Assembly: GCA_045604805.1 (NCBI GenBank)
Contig: JAZUOT010000030.1
Coordinates: forward strand, 27,291-91,290
Direction of reading: 5' to 3'
Source of the DNA: Acutalibacteraceae bacterium
GTDB lineage: Bacteria > Bacillota > Clostridia > Oscillospirales > Acutalibacteraceae
DNA length: 64,000 nt
Both the position numbers and the translations under genes were made by a program. This document shows positions 52,511-62,063 of the stretch, piece by piece; the first letter of the stretch is position 1, and each line of letters opens with the position of its first letter. The notes beneath the pieces were generated by a model. It was given only the letters and a program-made list of their open reading frames with translations, was not told where the DNA came from and searched no databases.

Positions 52511-53323
52511 ATGGCCATAAAAAAAAGGATTGATATTTTAGTACATGAAGCTGGTTTAGCAGAGAGCAGGGAAAAGGCGAAGGCTTTAGTTATGGAAGGC
52601 AAAGTATATGTTGATAATCAAAAAGCAGACAAGCCGGGGATGTTATATAGCGAAGATGTTTTAATTGAATTAAAAGGTGATACGATTCCTTTCGTCAGCA
52701 GGGGAGGACTTAAATTAGCCAAGGCTATAGATATATTTAATATTGATTTGTCTGGTAAAATAGCCATGGATGTAGGAGCGTCTACTGGTGGGTTTACAGA
52801 CTGCATGCTGCAAAATGGAGCAAAAAAAGTATATTCTGTGGATGTAGGCTATGGCCAGCTTGCCTGGAAACTCAGAAATGACAGCAGGGTAATAAATATG
52901 GAACGCACAAATGCCAGAAATATAAGCTCTGAAGATATTAATGACAGGCTAGACTTTGCAAGTGTAGATGTATCATTTATATCTCTGACAAAAATAATAC
53001 CGGTTTTATGTAATTTAATGGATAAGGATTTTGGATTGCTTTGCCTTATTAAGCCACAGTTTGAAGCGGGAAAGTCTAAAGTCGGTAAGAACGGTGTGGT
53101 AAGAGAAAAATCAACACATATAGAAGTTATTGAACACATAGTGAAATTTTGCATAGATATGGGATTAGGTATAGAAGGGCTAGATTTTTCGCCAATAAAG
53201 GGTCCAAAAGGAAATATAGAATATCTGATTTATTTAAAGAATGCCCAAAGTAAGCAAATTCTAGACGATATTTTGCCTTTAGTTCACAGTACTGTAGAAA
53301 AATCCCACCTTGAGCTTGATTGA
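52511..53323 (+). CDS. tlyA: TlyA-family rRNA (cytidine-2'-O)-methyltransferase
   Basis: S4 domain N-terminus, FVSRGGLKL, and DVGASTGGFTDCML SAM motif. Confidence 0.9.
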   Translation: MAIKKRIDILVHEAGLAESREKAKALVMEGKVYVDNQKADKPGMLYSEDVLIELKGDTIPFVSRGGLKLAKAIDIFNIDLSGKIAMDVGASTGGFTDCMLQNGAKKVYSVDVGYGQLAWKLRNDSRVINMERTNARNISSEDINDRLDFASVDVSFISLTKIIPVLCNLMDKDFGLLCLIKPQFEAGKSKVGKNGVVREKSTHIEVIEHIVKFCIDMGLGIEGLDFSPIKGPKGNIEYLIYLKNAQSKQILDDILPLVHSTVEKSHLELD

Positions 53324-53336
53324 AAGAAGGTGCAAA

Positions 53337-54185
53337 ATGAAGAAAACAACATTGATTGTTAATATGGAAAAAGAAAAAGCATATTCCTGTGTCATAAATG
53401 CTATAAAAAAGTATGCAAGTCTTGGCATAACTGTGATGATGGATAATTTTTTGAAAGATAAATTTGCATGTCATAAAGGGATTATTTTTTTTGATGATTT
53501 TTATAAAATGTTAGAAGCTTCTGATTTTATAACTGTTATAGGCGGAGATGGTACTTTAATTCATGCAGCGAAACACGCAGCTCAGGCAGATAAACCATTA
53601 ATAGGTATAAATCTGGGTAAGCTTGGCTTTGTGACAGAAGTTGAACCTGATAATTTAGATGTTTTAGGCAAAATTGCTAAAGGTGAATATAGCATAAAAA
53701 AGAGGATGTTACTGGAAGTAAAAGTTCTAGACTCTGAGAAAACTTTTTGTGCTTTTAATGACGTTGCCTTAACTAGAGCATACCCATCAAATATGATAAG
53801 CGTAAAAGCAATTTGTGATGATAATAATATAGGTTCATTTGATGGCGATGGGATAATAATTTCCACACCGACAGGTTCTACAGCATATAATCTATCTGCC
53901 GGAGGGCCAATTGTGTATCCTGAAAATGAATGTATAATTTTTAACCCTGTATGTTCTCATTCACTTTTTTCTCATTCTTTAGTCTTAAGTGCAAATTCTA
54001 AAATAAGACTTAAGCCTCTTTTAAAAAAGAAAGAACAAAAGGCTTGTTTAAGTATAGATGGAGACGTTTCAATAAATCTCAGAAAAGAGCAAATAGTTGA
54101 AATAAAAAAATCAGAATTAAATGTTAAATTGATAGATATTGAAAATAAGAATTTTTTTGATGTTTTGAATACTAAATTACGTTAA
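53337..54185 (+). CDS. nadK: NAD kinase
   Basis: VIGGDGTLIHAAK and STPTGSTAYNLSAGGPIV motifs. ATG 53337 lies behind GAAGG. Confidence 0.93.
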   Translation: MKKTTLIVNMEKEKAYSCVINAIKKYASLGITVMMDNFLKDKFACHKGIIFFDDFYKMLEASDFITVIGGDGTLIHAAKHAAQADKPLIGINLGKLGFVTEVEPDNLDVLGKIAKGEYSIKKRMLLEVKVLDSEKTFCAFNDVALTRAYPSNMISVKAICDDNNIGSFDGDGIIISTPTGSTAYNLSAGGPIVYPENECIIFNPVCSHSLFSHSLVLSANSKIRLKPLLKKKEQKACLSIDGDVSINLRKEQIVEIKKSELNVKLIDIENKNFFDVLNTKLR

Positions 54186-54205
54186 AAAATAAAAGGGATT
54201 TTCTG

Positions 54206-54652
54206 ATGAAAATAAAAAGACAGAATAAAATACTAGAAATAATAAGCAATAATGACATAGAAACTCAGGAAGAGCTTTCAAAAAAATTAAAGCAGAGCGG
54301 TATGGAAGCGACACAGGCAACAATATCAAGAGATATAAAAGAGTTAAGGCTAATAAAGGTTTTGAGCTTATCTGGAAAATATAAATATGCGGTTGCAGGG
54401 GATAAAAATTGTGACAGCGAAAGCAAGATTGCAGGGGCTGTATTAAATAGCATAGATATGGTAACTTTCGTTGGGAATACCGTTGTTGTAAAGTGTGTAA
54501 AAGGTATGGCGCAGGGCGTATGTGCTGCAATTGATGAACTCAAGTTTGAAAATGTTGTGGGAAGCATAGCAGGATATGATACTATATTTATACTGCTGAA
54601 GAGGGAAAAACAGGCAGAAAAGTTAAGTGAAGAACTTTTGGCAATGTTATAG
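54206..54652 (+). CDS. argR: arginine repressor
   Basis: 148 aa. Winged-helix N-terminus (ATQATISRDIKEL) and the GTIAGDDT-like segment GSIAGYDTIFIL. Confidence 0.92.
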   Translation: MKIKRQNKILEIISNNDIETQEELSKKLKQSGMEATQATISRDIKELRLIKVLSLSGKYKYAVAGDKNCDSESKIAGAVLNSIDMVTFVGNTVVVKCVKGMAQGVCAAIDELKFENVVGSIAGYDTIFILLKREKQAEKLSEELLAML

Positions 54653-54667
54653 TGAGGGGGATGTACT

Positions 54668-55537
54668 GTGTTATCTGAAGTTATAGAAAAAATGGCTGAA
54701 AGATTACCGCAAATGTATTTTAAACCTGAGGAAGGTGTATCTAGTTCAACAGGCTTTAAAAATGCTGTACTTAATGTAAAAGAAATACCAGAAGATAGAA
54801 AACTTTCAGATGTATTCATAGGAAGTGAGAAGGATGAGCTATATACGATGCAGACACCCGTTGGTGAGGCAGAAATATTGTATTTAGACAATAGAGAAGA
54901 TTTTGAAAATTTCTATAGGGTTACAGCAGGGAAGTGTGAGCCTATAGATGTTCCAGCAAATATGGGTGCTTGTACATTAATCGGACTGAATGATATTGCA
55001 AAAATAAAAAATCATGTGAAAGAATACATAAAAAATGGTGGACAGTATCCTGAAAGCGAAAAGATGCATTTTATATCTGACCCAAATAATTATAGATTTA
55101 CGCTTATAGTTTTAAGCAAAGGTAACTATAGTAATATTTCACATGAGACAGCAGGTTTTGAAAAAGAAAAATGGCTTGAAATATCTATGAACATAAGAAC
55201 GTACCATGAGCTTTGTCATTTTATGATCAGAAAGTTACACAAAGAAAAAGATGCTATATGGGATGAAATTTTAGCAGACGGCATGGGATTATTGTTTTCA
55301 ATAGGTACATATGATATTAAATTAGCTAGTTTATTCTTAGGAGCTTCAGAAAGTGGTTATCAAAACGGTGGAAGATTAGAGAATTATTGCAAAGCTGAAA
55401 ACATAGATGAAAGTGCAATAAAAGCATTCCACTCTATGCAAAAATTTAGCGAATTTGTAAAACACAATGCTGACAGATGCAATGATATATATGAATTAAT
55501 TTTAAAAGCACAGGAAAACAAAGACGAGTTTATGTAA
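54668..55537 (+). CDS. hypothetical protein with HExxH motif (putative metallopeptidase-like)
   Basis: 289 aa. Contains YHELCHF, with a further E/D-rich helix (WDEILADG) 18 aa downstream. No family recognised. Confidence 0.5.
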   Translation: MLSEVIEKMAERLPQMYFKPEEGVSSSTGFKNAVLNVKEIPEDRKLSDVFIGSEKDELYTMQTPVGEAEILYLDNREDFENFYRVTAGKCEPIDVPANMGACTLIGLNDIAKIKNHVKEYIKNGGQYPESEKMHFISDPNNYRFTLIVLSKGNYSNISHETAGFEKEKWLEISMNIRTYHELCHFMIRKLHKEKDAIWDEILADGMGLLFSIGTYDIKLASLFLGASESGYQNGGRLENYCKAENIDESAIKAFHSMQKFSEFVKHNADRCNDIYELILKAQENKDEFM

Positions 55538-55540
55538 AAT

Positions 55541-56443
55541 TTAGTGGCTATTGTGTGCAATAACAGCACGGGGGTTGTTCCCGTTATCATACCAGATTTT
55601 TGTATCATTAAAATTGTAAGATTTAAGCAAAGAAAGGATACTTTCTTTTTGCCCGTCGCCGAATTCAAAAACAAGGGTTCCGCTTGATTTTAAAAGGTTT
55701 AAGTGATTTTTCAATATTGATTTATAGAACAATAATCCGTCATTTCCACCATCTAGGGCCTGCATTGGTTCGTGCAAAACTTCACTTTGCAAAGAAGCTA
55801 TTTCTTCATGGGCTATATATGGTGGATTTGATACTATAATATCGAAAGAATGCTCTGTCAAGTGAAGAGGCTTTAAAACATCAGCCTTTTTTTCAGTGAT
55901 AGAGTGTTCTTTTTTGTGAAGCTTAATATTTGTTTCTAAGTATTTAAAAGCGTTGTCATATAGTTCAACAGCTGTTATTTTTGCATTAGGAAATTTATTT
56001 GAAAGAGCTATAGAGATAGCACCACTGCCAGCACATAGATCAATTATATTTATGGGGGAATCAGCTTTGAATTCTTGCGTAATAGCGTCTATTACGCAAG
56101 CGGTATCTTCGCGCGGAATAAGGACACCCTCACCGACTTTTAATTTTATACCCATAAATTCCCATTCACCCAAAATATATTGAAGAGGATAACCGTTTGC
56201 ACGCAAGTTGATTTTATTTAGAAAGTATTCTTGAGTAGTTTCATCAATGTTAGTGTTACCGTGTACTATGGCATTTGTTCGATCTAGTCCAGTGCATAGT
56301 TCAAATATGAGATTAAGGTCAGGACAATGCTCAGAATAACTTATATTATCTGAGTTTAAAAGTATATTTTTACCCTTGAAATAAAGTTCACGTATTTTCA
56401 AACTACAATTTACCTTTCTCTTACCAGTATTAATACTAGACAT
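55541..56443 (-). CDS. prmC: peptide chain release factor N5-glutamine methyltransferase
   Basis: DLCAGSGAISIAL SAM motif and VSNPPYI catalytic motif. Confidence 0.92.
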   Translation of the reverse strand: MSSINTGKRKVNCSLKIRELYFKGKNILLNSDNISYSEHCPDLNLIFELCTGLDRTNAIVHGNTNIDETTQEYFLNKINLRANGYPLQYILGEWEFMGIKLKVGEGVLIPREDTACVIDAITQEFKADSPINIIDLCAGSGAISIALSNKFPNAKITAVELYDNAFKYLETNIKLHKKEHSITEKKADVLKPLHLTEHSFDIIVSNPPYIAHEEIASLQSEVLHEPMQALDGGNDGLLFYKSILKNHLNLLKSSGTLVFEFGDGQKESILSLLKSYNFNDTKIWYDNGNNPRAVIAHNSH

Positions 56444-57899
56444 TAATTTCTGTGCTAAGATCTTGTATATTTTCTTCTAGTTCTTTAGAATCTTCAGCTT
56501 CGAGGAGAGGAAGTACGATATAAACAGTAGTCCCAACACCTTCTTTGCTTTCTATATCCAATCTACCTGAGTGTGCCAACATTATTTCATCAGAAACAGC
56601 TAAACCTATACCAGAACCGCGTTTAGTTGTATTGGCTTTGAAAAATTTTTCTTTTACTCTAGGGAGGTCGTTTTCATTTATTCCGGGGCCACGATCACTT
56701 ACAGCTATGATTATATCGGCATTTTGTTGTTTGGCAACTATATTTACTGATTGACCTTCTTCTGAATATTTTAGAGCATTATCAATTACATTTATAAAAA
56801 CTTGCCGCATTTTTTTCTTATCAGCCAAGATTGGTGGAATTGTTTCAGGAATATCAAAAATCAGGTATTTTCCTTCTGATATCGCTTTTTCACGGTAAAC
56901 ACAGACAACTTCGTCTAATTCTGCTAGTATATCAGTTTTTTCTAGCATAAGTTTCAATGTTTGATTTTGGATGTGAGAAAAGTCTAAAAGCTCTTCCACA
57001 ATATCAGAGAGTCTTTCAGTTTCATTGATTATGATTTGCATACCTTTATCCATAGTTTTACTATCCATAAAACCGCTTAATTTCATTGTTTCAGCCCAAC
57101 CGCGTATGGCAGTCAGTGGTGTCCTTAATTCATGGGAAACAGAAGAAATAAATTCATTTTTTATATTTTCTAGATTTTCCAACTCTTCTACCATATAATT
57201 AACAGCCTCACAGAGTTGAAGCATCTCACCGTTACAATTCTGGCTGATACGTACTTTAAAATTTCCGTGAGCAATTAATTTAGCTGTATTAACGATTTCT
57301 CTTATAGGTCTCATGGAATTTAAATTAAAATAGAACGTAGTTATTATAAATATTGCGGCAAATAATAGCGAAGAAGAAAAGATAAAAATACTCCACAAAA
57401 TGATATGCTTATCCACATCTTCTAATGAAGTGACATAACGAACAGAGCCAATAAGTTCTTCATTGGAATTTTTTATAATTTGGCTTACTGCCATAATTTT
57501 CTCATATTGATTTACTTTCCCCAAAAACATAGCGTATCCAGTAGAACTTTCTTTAGCCATTGCGCAATCTGGAGTAGAGGATATGTCATCTAAAGAGAAG
57601 CCTTTTGAGTTTACGATTGGTTTTCCGTTGCGGTCAAATAAGGTTAGTTCTATTTTGTCTTTGTTTTGAAAATTACGAGCATAACTATAAGCAGTAGAGT
57701 TAAAATCAGATGAAAATTCAGAAGAGCTTGCAAAATAGCTACTCACACTATTAACGTTACTATCTAACAAATGCTTAATACTTTTATAATAATGGTTCTT
57801 AATTAAAATAGTACATGTAAAAGTAATAATTATGGCAAAAATTAATGCAATAGCAATGCTATAAATAAGCCATCTTTTTCTGATATTTGAAAAAATCAT
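56436..57899 (-). CDS. sensor histidine kinase (TM-sensor-TM, HAMP, HisKA, HATPase_c)
   Basis: FISSVSHELRTPLTAI H-box, N-box NVIDNALKY, and G-boxes DRGPGI and GSGIGL. Confidence 0.92.
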   Translation of the reverse strand: MIFSNIRKRWLIYSIAIALIFAIIITFTCTILIKNHYYKSIKHLLDSNVNSVSSYFASSSEFSSDFNSTAYSYARNFQNKDKIELTLFDRNGKPIVNSKGFSLDDISSTPDCAMAKESSTGYAMFLGKVNQYEKIMAVSQIIKNSNEELIGSVRYVTSLEDVDKHIILWSIFIFSSSLLFAAIFIITTFYFNLNSMRPIREIVNTAKLIAHGNFKVRISQNCNGEMLQLCEAVNYMVEELENLENIKNEFISSVSHELRTPLTAIRGWAETMKLSGFMDSKTMDKGMQIIINETERLSDIVEELLDFSHIQNQTLKLMLEKTDILAELDEVVCVYREKAISEGKYLIFDIPETIPPILADKKKMRQVFINVIDNALKYSEEGQSVNIVAKQQNADIIIAVSDRGPGINENDLPRVKEKFFKANTTKRGSGIGLAVSDEIMLAHSGRLDIESKEGVGTTVYIVLPLLEAEDSKELEENIQDLSTEINV

Positions 57900-57925
57900 A
57901 AAAAATACATCCTAAGAGTAAGATA

Positions 57926-58627
57926 TCATTCGGATTTCCACTTATAACCAAGCCCCCAAACAGTGACAATATGTTTGGGATTAGAGGGGATATCTTCAAT
58001 TTTCATTCTTAAACGTCTTATATTAACATCTACGATTTTTTCTTCGCCGATATATGAGTCACCCCAGACATTGTTAAGTATGGTTGAACGGTCTATAGGA
58101 ACATTAGGATGACTAAAAAAATATTCTATTATCTGGAATTCTAGATGTGTAAGCTCAATAAGAAGATCGTTTTTATATAGCGTTCGGTTACGTAGATTAA
58201 GAACAAAATTACCCGATACTATTTCTTCCTGAAAATTGTTTTCCGTTCTAGTTTGCATTACGGCAACTCGACGATATAGGGCATCCACGCGTGCAGTAAG
58301 CTCAGAGGGACTAAAAGGTTTGGAAATATAGTCATCTGCCCCTAACATAAGTCCACTAACTCTATCCATTTCCTGAGTCTTTGCGGTCAGCATTATTATT
58401 CCGACATTGCTACTTCTTTCTCTAAGTTCCCTGCAAACAGCAAATCCATCCAGATTCGGCATCATTACATCCAATATGACAACATCTATATCATTATTGG
58501 CAGAATACTTTTCAAGTGCATCTTTCCCATCTATTGATTCAATGACATCGTATCCAGCTCTTTTAAGGTTAATAACAACGAAATCCCTTATGACAGTTTC
58601 ATCTTCTGCCACCAATATTTTTTTCAT
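57926..58627 (-). CDS. OmpR-family response regulator
   Basis: KKILVAEDE, DVVILDVMMP and LTAK motifs, plus a winged-helix C-terminus (VWGLGYKW). The ORF track starts at GTG 58642. ATG 58627 is the classical position. Confidence 0.92.
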   Translation of the reverse strand: MKKILVAEDETVIRDFVVINLKRAGYDVIESIDGKDALEKYSANNDIDVVILDVMMPNLDGFAVCRELRERSSNVGIIMLTAKTQEMDRVSGLMLGADDYISKPFSPSELTARVDALYRRVAVMQTRTENNFQEEIVSGNFVLNLRNRTLYKNDLLIELTHLEFQIIEYFFSHPNVPIDRSTILNNVWGDSYIGEEKIVDVNIRRLRMKIEDIPSNPKHIVTVWGLGYKWKSE

Positions 58628-58759
58628 TCTTCTAAAACTCACCCATTTAAATAAATTATTTATAAAGTTTAAAACTAGATCTTAATTGTTCTAAGCTTAT
58701 TTTGTAAATACTTTCTGGAACTGTGAACTTTACAGAGCAGGTATTATTGAAATATCACA

Positions 58760-59130
58760 TAGTTTTGATATTTTAGTTCTTCAAAAATGGAGCTATTTTC
58801 TAAATAATTTTTAATCACAATGACATTGTTGCGCCAAGAATCTGGAGTCACCAAAAGAAAACCATTTTCTTTATCAACAAGTGTGTTCAGTGCTGGAGAC
58901 AGAATTTTCCCATCAGGATCAAACTCATTCCAAGTAATAATACCATAAATTTTATAAACTGAAGTATATATATCTGAAAAAATTATCGGAATTTAAAATA
59001 TTCGCAAAAGGGATTCCTATAGTATTTATTGACGGTATATCAGTGTTATAAATTTTACAATCAGATCTCAATGTAGGATTACTACTGCTATAATCACTTT
59101 AAAGAGGCAATTTACCCAAGTAACATTCTA
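58760..59130 (-). pseudogene. frame-disrupted remnant of an unknown gene
   Basis: An 80-codon open frame with no start codon reads IPIIFSDIYTSVYKIYGIITWNEFDPDGKILSPALNTLVDKENGFLLVTPDSWRNNVIVIKNYLENSSIFEELKYQNYVIFQ*. A protein-like stretch in another frame lies upstream (SSSNPTLRSDCKIYNTDIPSINTIGIPFANILNS). Confidence 0.3.
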
Positions 59131-59349
59131 TCAATACCATAACGCCGGTGTGGACGAAAGTCAAGGGCGGAGAAGTTCCGAAAATCAATTTTCGGAAAGG
59201 GAGTTGATAGTGGCAGCGGAATGGATCCAACAATAAAACATGATTTTTGAAATAGGTCGTTCAGAGGAGAAGATTTCTTTGGAGCGTTTCATCATACTGA
59301 TAACAAATTTTCGGAGGAGATTGATATTTCGGAATGGTTTTTACACACG

Positions 59350-59389
59350 CAAAAAGTATTCTAGATCCTTAACGAGGTTCCTAGAATAC
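59350..59389 (-). terminator. Rho-independent terminator of the nfeD-SPFH operon
   Basis: Minus strand reads GTATTCTAG, a 16-nt loop, CTAGAATAC, then TTTTT. Confidence 0.6.
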
Positions 59390-59477
59390 CCATATTTGCC
59401 TACGATTTTTTTATGTGCTTTCCTTAAATATACTGAAATTTTTGCAGTTATTTTTTTTAAAAATTATTTCGAGCAAA

Positions 59478-60356
59478 TTATTTGTCATCTAAAACTTCCT
59501 TAACGGAAGCCGCAAGTCCAGCAATAGACTGGATATTGGAAGGTATTATTAATTTAGTCGCCTTACCGTCTGCAGCCTTAGTGAAGGCTTCCAGGCTTTT
59601 AAGTTTTATAACTTGTTCAGAAGCATTAGCATCATTTAGCATACGCAAGCTATCAGCATAAGATTTTTGCACCATTCTTATCGCTTCTGCTTCACCTTGG
59701 GCCTCACGTATTTTGGTTTCCTTTATAGCATCAGCTTTTAGGATAGCAGCTTCCTTGTGTCCTTCCGCTACTAGTATTTCACTGCTTTTAACTCCTTCAG
59801 CTTCTAGTATCCTTGCTCTTCTTTCACGTTCTGCTTTCATTTGTTTTTCCATAGAATTTTGTATTTCTTGGGGAGGCAAAATATTTTTAAGCTCTACCCT
59901 ATTTACTTTTATACCCCAAGCATCTGTCGCTTCGTCGAGTATTACTCTGATTTTTGTATTTATAACATCTCTGGAAGTCAGAGTGTGATCGAGTTCTAAA
60001 TCACCTATTATATTCCTTAAGGTAGTGGCACTTAGATTTTCTATAGCCGCCAATGGATTTTCTACACCGTAAGTAAATAGTTTGGGATCTGTTATCTGAT
60101 AGTAAACTACCGTATCGATTTGCATAGTGACATTATCTTTTGTAATAACAGGCTGGGGAGGAAAATCTACTACCTGTTCTTTTAAAGTAACATGTTTAGC
60201 GATTCTATCGATAAATGGAATTTTAACATGTAAACCAGTTTCCCAAGTAGTTTGATAAGCTCCCAATCTTTCTATTACCAAGGCATGAGCCTGAGGAACT
60301 ATCTTGATATTTAATATTAAAACTACAACAAGTAAAATCAGTATAATAAAAAACAT
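59478..60356 (-). CDS. SPFH/band 7 (stomatin-like) membrane protein
   Basis: N-terminal TM helix followed by IVPQAHALVIERLGAY...PPQPVITKDNVTMQIDTVVYYQI. Paired with NfeD. Confidence 0.9.
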   Translation of the reverse strand: MFFIILILLVVVLILNIKIVPQAHALVIERLGAYQTTWETGLHVKIPFIDRIAKHVTLKEQVVDFPPQPVITKDNVTMQIDTVVYYQITDPKLFTYGVENPLAAIENLSATTLRNIIGDLELDHTLTSRDVINTKIRVILDEATDAWGIKVNRVELKNILPPQEIQNSMEKQMKAERERRARILEAEGVKSSEILVAEGHKEAAILKADAIKETKIREAQGEAEAIRMVQKSYADSLRMLNDANASEQVIKLKSLEAFTKAADGKATKLIIPSNIQSIAGLAASVKEVLDDK

Positions 60357-60357
60357 T

Positions 60358-60807
60358 TTAACTATCCCTTTCTTTTAAAACTTTAACTATAAGTTTTACT
60401 CCTGAAATTTTTTTAGCAATAATCCTACTGCCTTTTTCTATTTTTATGCCATCATGAGATCGCGCTGACCAAATATTCCCATCAATACTAACTTGGCCAG
60501 TGCCGACTGTATTATCTATATCCTGTGTAACAATTCCTTCTTTGCCAATGAATTTGTCAGCATTTGTCCTAGTAATATTGACTGCTATAGAGCTTTTGAC
60601 TGCAGGTATAGAAAAAATAAGCGCTGTTAAAGCAAGAACTACAATGAACACTAGTATTTGTGCAAACAGATTGCTAATAAAAAAGCTAGTTATAAGTCCT
60701 GCCAAAGCACCCGCAGCCACCAATATTGAAACTATCTGGGCGGTAACAGCTTCAATAATAGCAGCAGCTACCATTAAAATTAACCATAAATACTGAGTGT
60801 CCAGCAA
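60358..60807 (-). CDS. NfeD-family membrane protein
   Basis: Three TM helices and a C-terminal OB-fold-like segment (GKEGIVTQDI...GQVSIDGNIWSARS). Lies directly upstream of the SPFH gene. Confidence 0.85.
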   Translation of the reverse strand: MLDTQYLWLILMVAAAIIEAVTAQIVSILVAAGALAGLITSFFISNLFAQILVFIVVLALTALIFSIPAVKSSIAVNITRTNADKFIGKEGIVTQDIDNTVGTGQVSIDGNIWSARSHDGIKIEKGSRIIAKKISGVKLIVKVLKERDS

Positions 60808-60840
60808 AATTTAGACCTCCTTTATTTTAAATTTCACAAG

Positions 60841-61860
60841 CTACAAAATCGCATCTAAAACTATTTTTTCTGAAACAGAACTAGCATTATTCAAAAGTTG
60901 AATTTTGTCAGATATTAATTTAACCTCCTTCAAATAGGATAACGCAGAAGAAGTATAAAATCTATACTCTTGCTCTATATTTTTAAGTTCCTCTTTAAAT
61001 TTCTCATCCGTATCACTCGCAACTGTGCGAGCGTACACATCTATTATTTCGTCGCAAAATTTACTCGTATTGTGTTCGTGCGGGGCAGTACTATCAAAAA
61101 TAGCTATATCAAGCGCTGGAATTATGACCATATCCAAACTATTCGGGTCAAAAGCACAGTGATATGCAAAGGTATCAAATCCATTATTGTTTACAGCTTT
61201 AATTATTTTTTTTAACATTGTAGATTTTCCTGTGCCTGGTCGGCCTTTAATAAAGTATCTGTGCTGCAATTTATCCGTCAGATTTATTATATAGTCTTTT
61301 GGCCCATACACCGTAGATGCACCAAAAAAACGGTTTATATTTTTTCCTGAACCAAGTTTTGCTTTACCAAGCTTTAATATCTTATCTATTATTTCTAAAG
61401 TAAATTTATCCAGCTCGGTAAAATCTATATTTCTTATATATATTTCTTCCCATTTGTCATGAACTTTCAAGGCCTTAGCCAAGTTATCATAAACTTGCGA
61501 TAAATTTTTGTCTAAAGCTTCTTTTAAGTTTTCGTCAAGTAAGCTTATTTTATGCTCTTCATTTTGACAGTACGGCTGTATATTTATAAATCCTTTGTTA
61601 TAATCCGGAATTATTATTCCCATAACAGTATCATCTAAGTTATTTCTTATTACTTCTATGTCTATTTTTCTGGAATCTGATTCTTTTTTTAGTTTATTAA
61701 ACACCGATTGTATAATCTTTTGAGATACATTTTGAAAAAAAACAATATCTTTACCTCGAAAATTTTCTTCGAAAAAATCAATATATCCCTTCGCACTGTT
61801 AACATCTAAAAAATAGTTAATGGTATTTGGCACTATTTTCACCTCTCTATAGTAAAACAA
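60841..61860 (-). CDS. P-loop NTPase of unknown function
   Basis: 339 aa with Walker A GRPGTGKST and a Walker B-like segment LDIAIFDSTAPHEH. It resembles a conserved Firmicutes ATPase family, but the family name is not certain. Confidence 0.6.
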   Translation of the reverse strand: MFYYREVKIVPNTINYFLDVNSAKGYIDFFEENFRGKDIVFFQNVSQKIIQSVFNKLKKESDSRKIDIEVIRNNLDDTVMGIIIPDYNKGFINIQPYCQNEEHKISLLDENLKEALDKNLSQVYDNLAKALKVHDKWEEIYIRNIDFTELDKFTLEIIDKILKLGKAKLGSGKNINRFFGASTVYGPKDYIINLTDKLQHRYFIKGRPGTGKSTMLKKIIKAVNNNGFDTFAYHCAFDPNSLDMVIIPALDIAIFDSTAPHEHNTSKFCDEIIDVYARTVASDTDEKFKEELKNIEQEYRFYTSSALSYLKEVKLISDKIQLLNNASSVSEKIVLDAIL

Positions 61861-61910
61861 TTGTTCCTTTACTATAGTATGATGTCAACAGATTTATATA
61901 AACAAAAATA

Positions 61911-62054
61911 TCAAAATTTTCTTTTACCACATTGATTATTATACTTGCAATTCTTACAGGAGGCACAATGATTCCAGGTGTTTTTTCTAAATTTGCTAGA
62001 CATATACACTGCAATAAAAATCAACAAAATCAGCACAATATCGCAAATATTCAT
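61911..62054 (-). CDS. FeoB-associated Cys-rich small membrane protein
   Basis: Hand-translated 47 aa: MNICDIVLILLIFIAVYMSSKFRKNTWNHCASCKNCKYNNQCGKRKF. It has one TM helix and a Cys-rich tail, and lies directly downstream of feoB. Confidence 0.7.
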   Translation of the reverse strand: MNICDIVLILLIFIAVYMSSKFRKNTWNHCASCKNCKYNNQCGKRKF

Positions 62055-62063
62055 GAATAAACC

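Noticed and set aside
57409-57417. Perfect DnaA box TTATCCACA.
   Set aside because: It is a single copy inside the histidine-kinase coding sequence. There is no cluster, no AT-rich unwinding element and no dnaA nearby, so it is a chance occurrence.
59343-59355. 12-nt partial match (ACACACGCAAAA) to the shared 18-mer region.
   Set aside because: The A-run is the T-tract of the SPFH operon terminator on the minus strand, and the match does not extend. It is probably coincidental.
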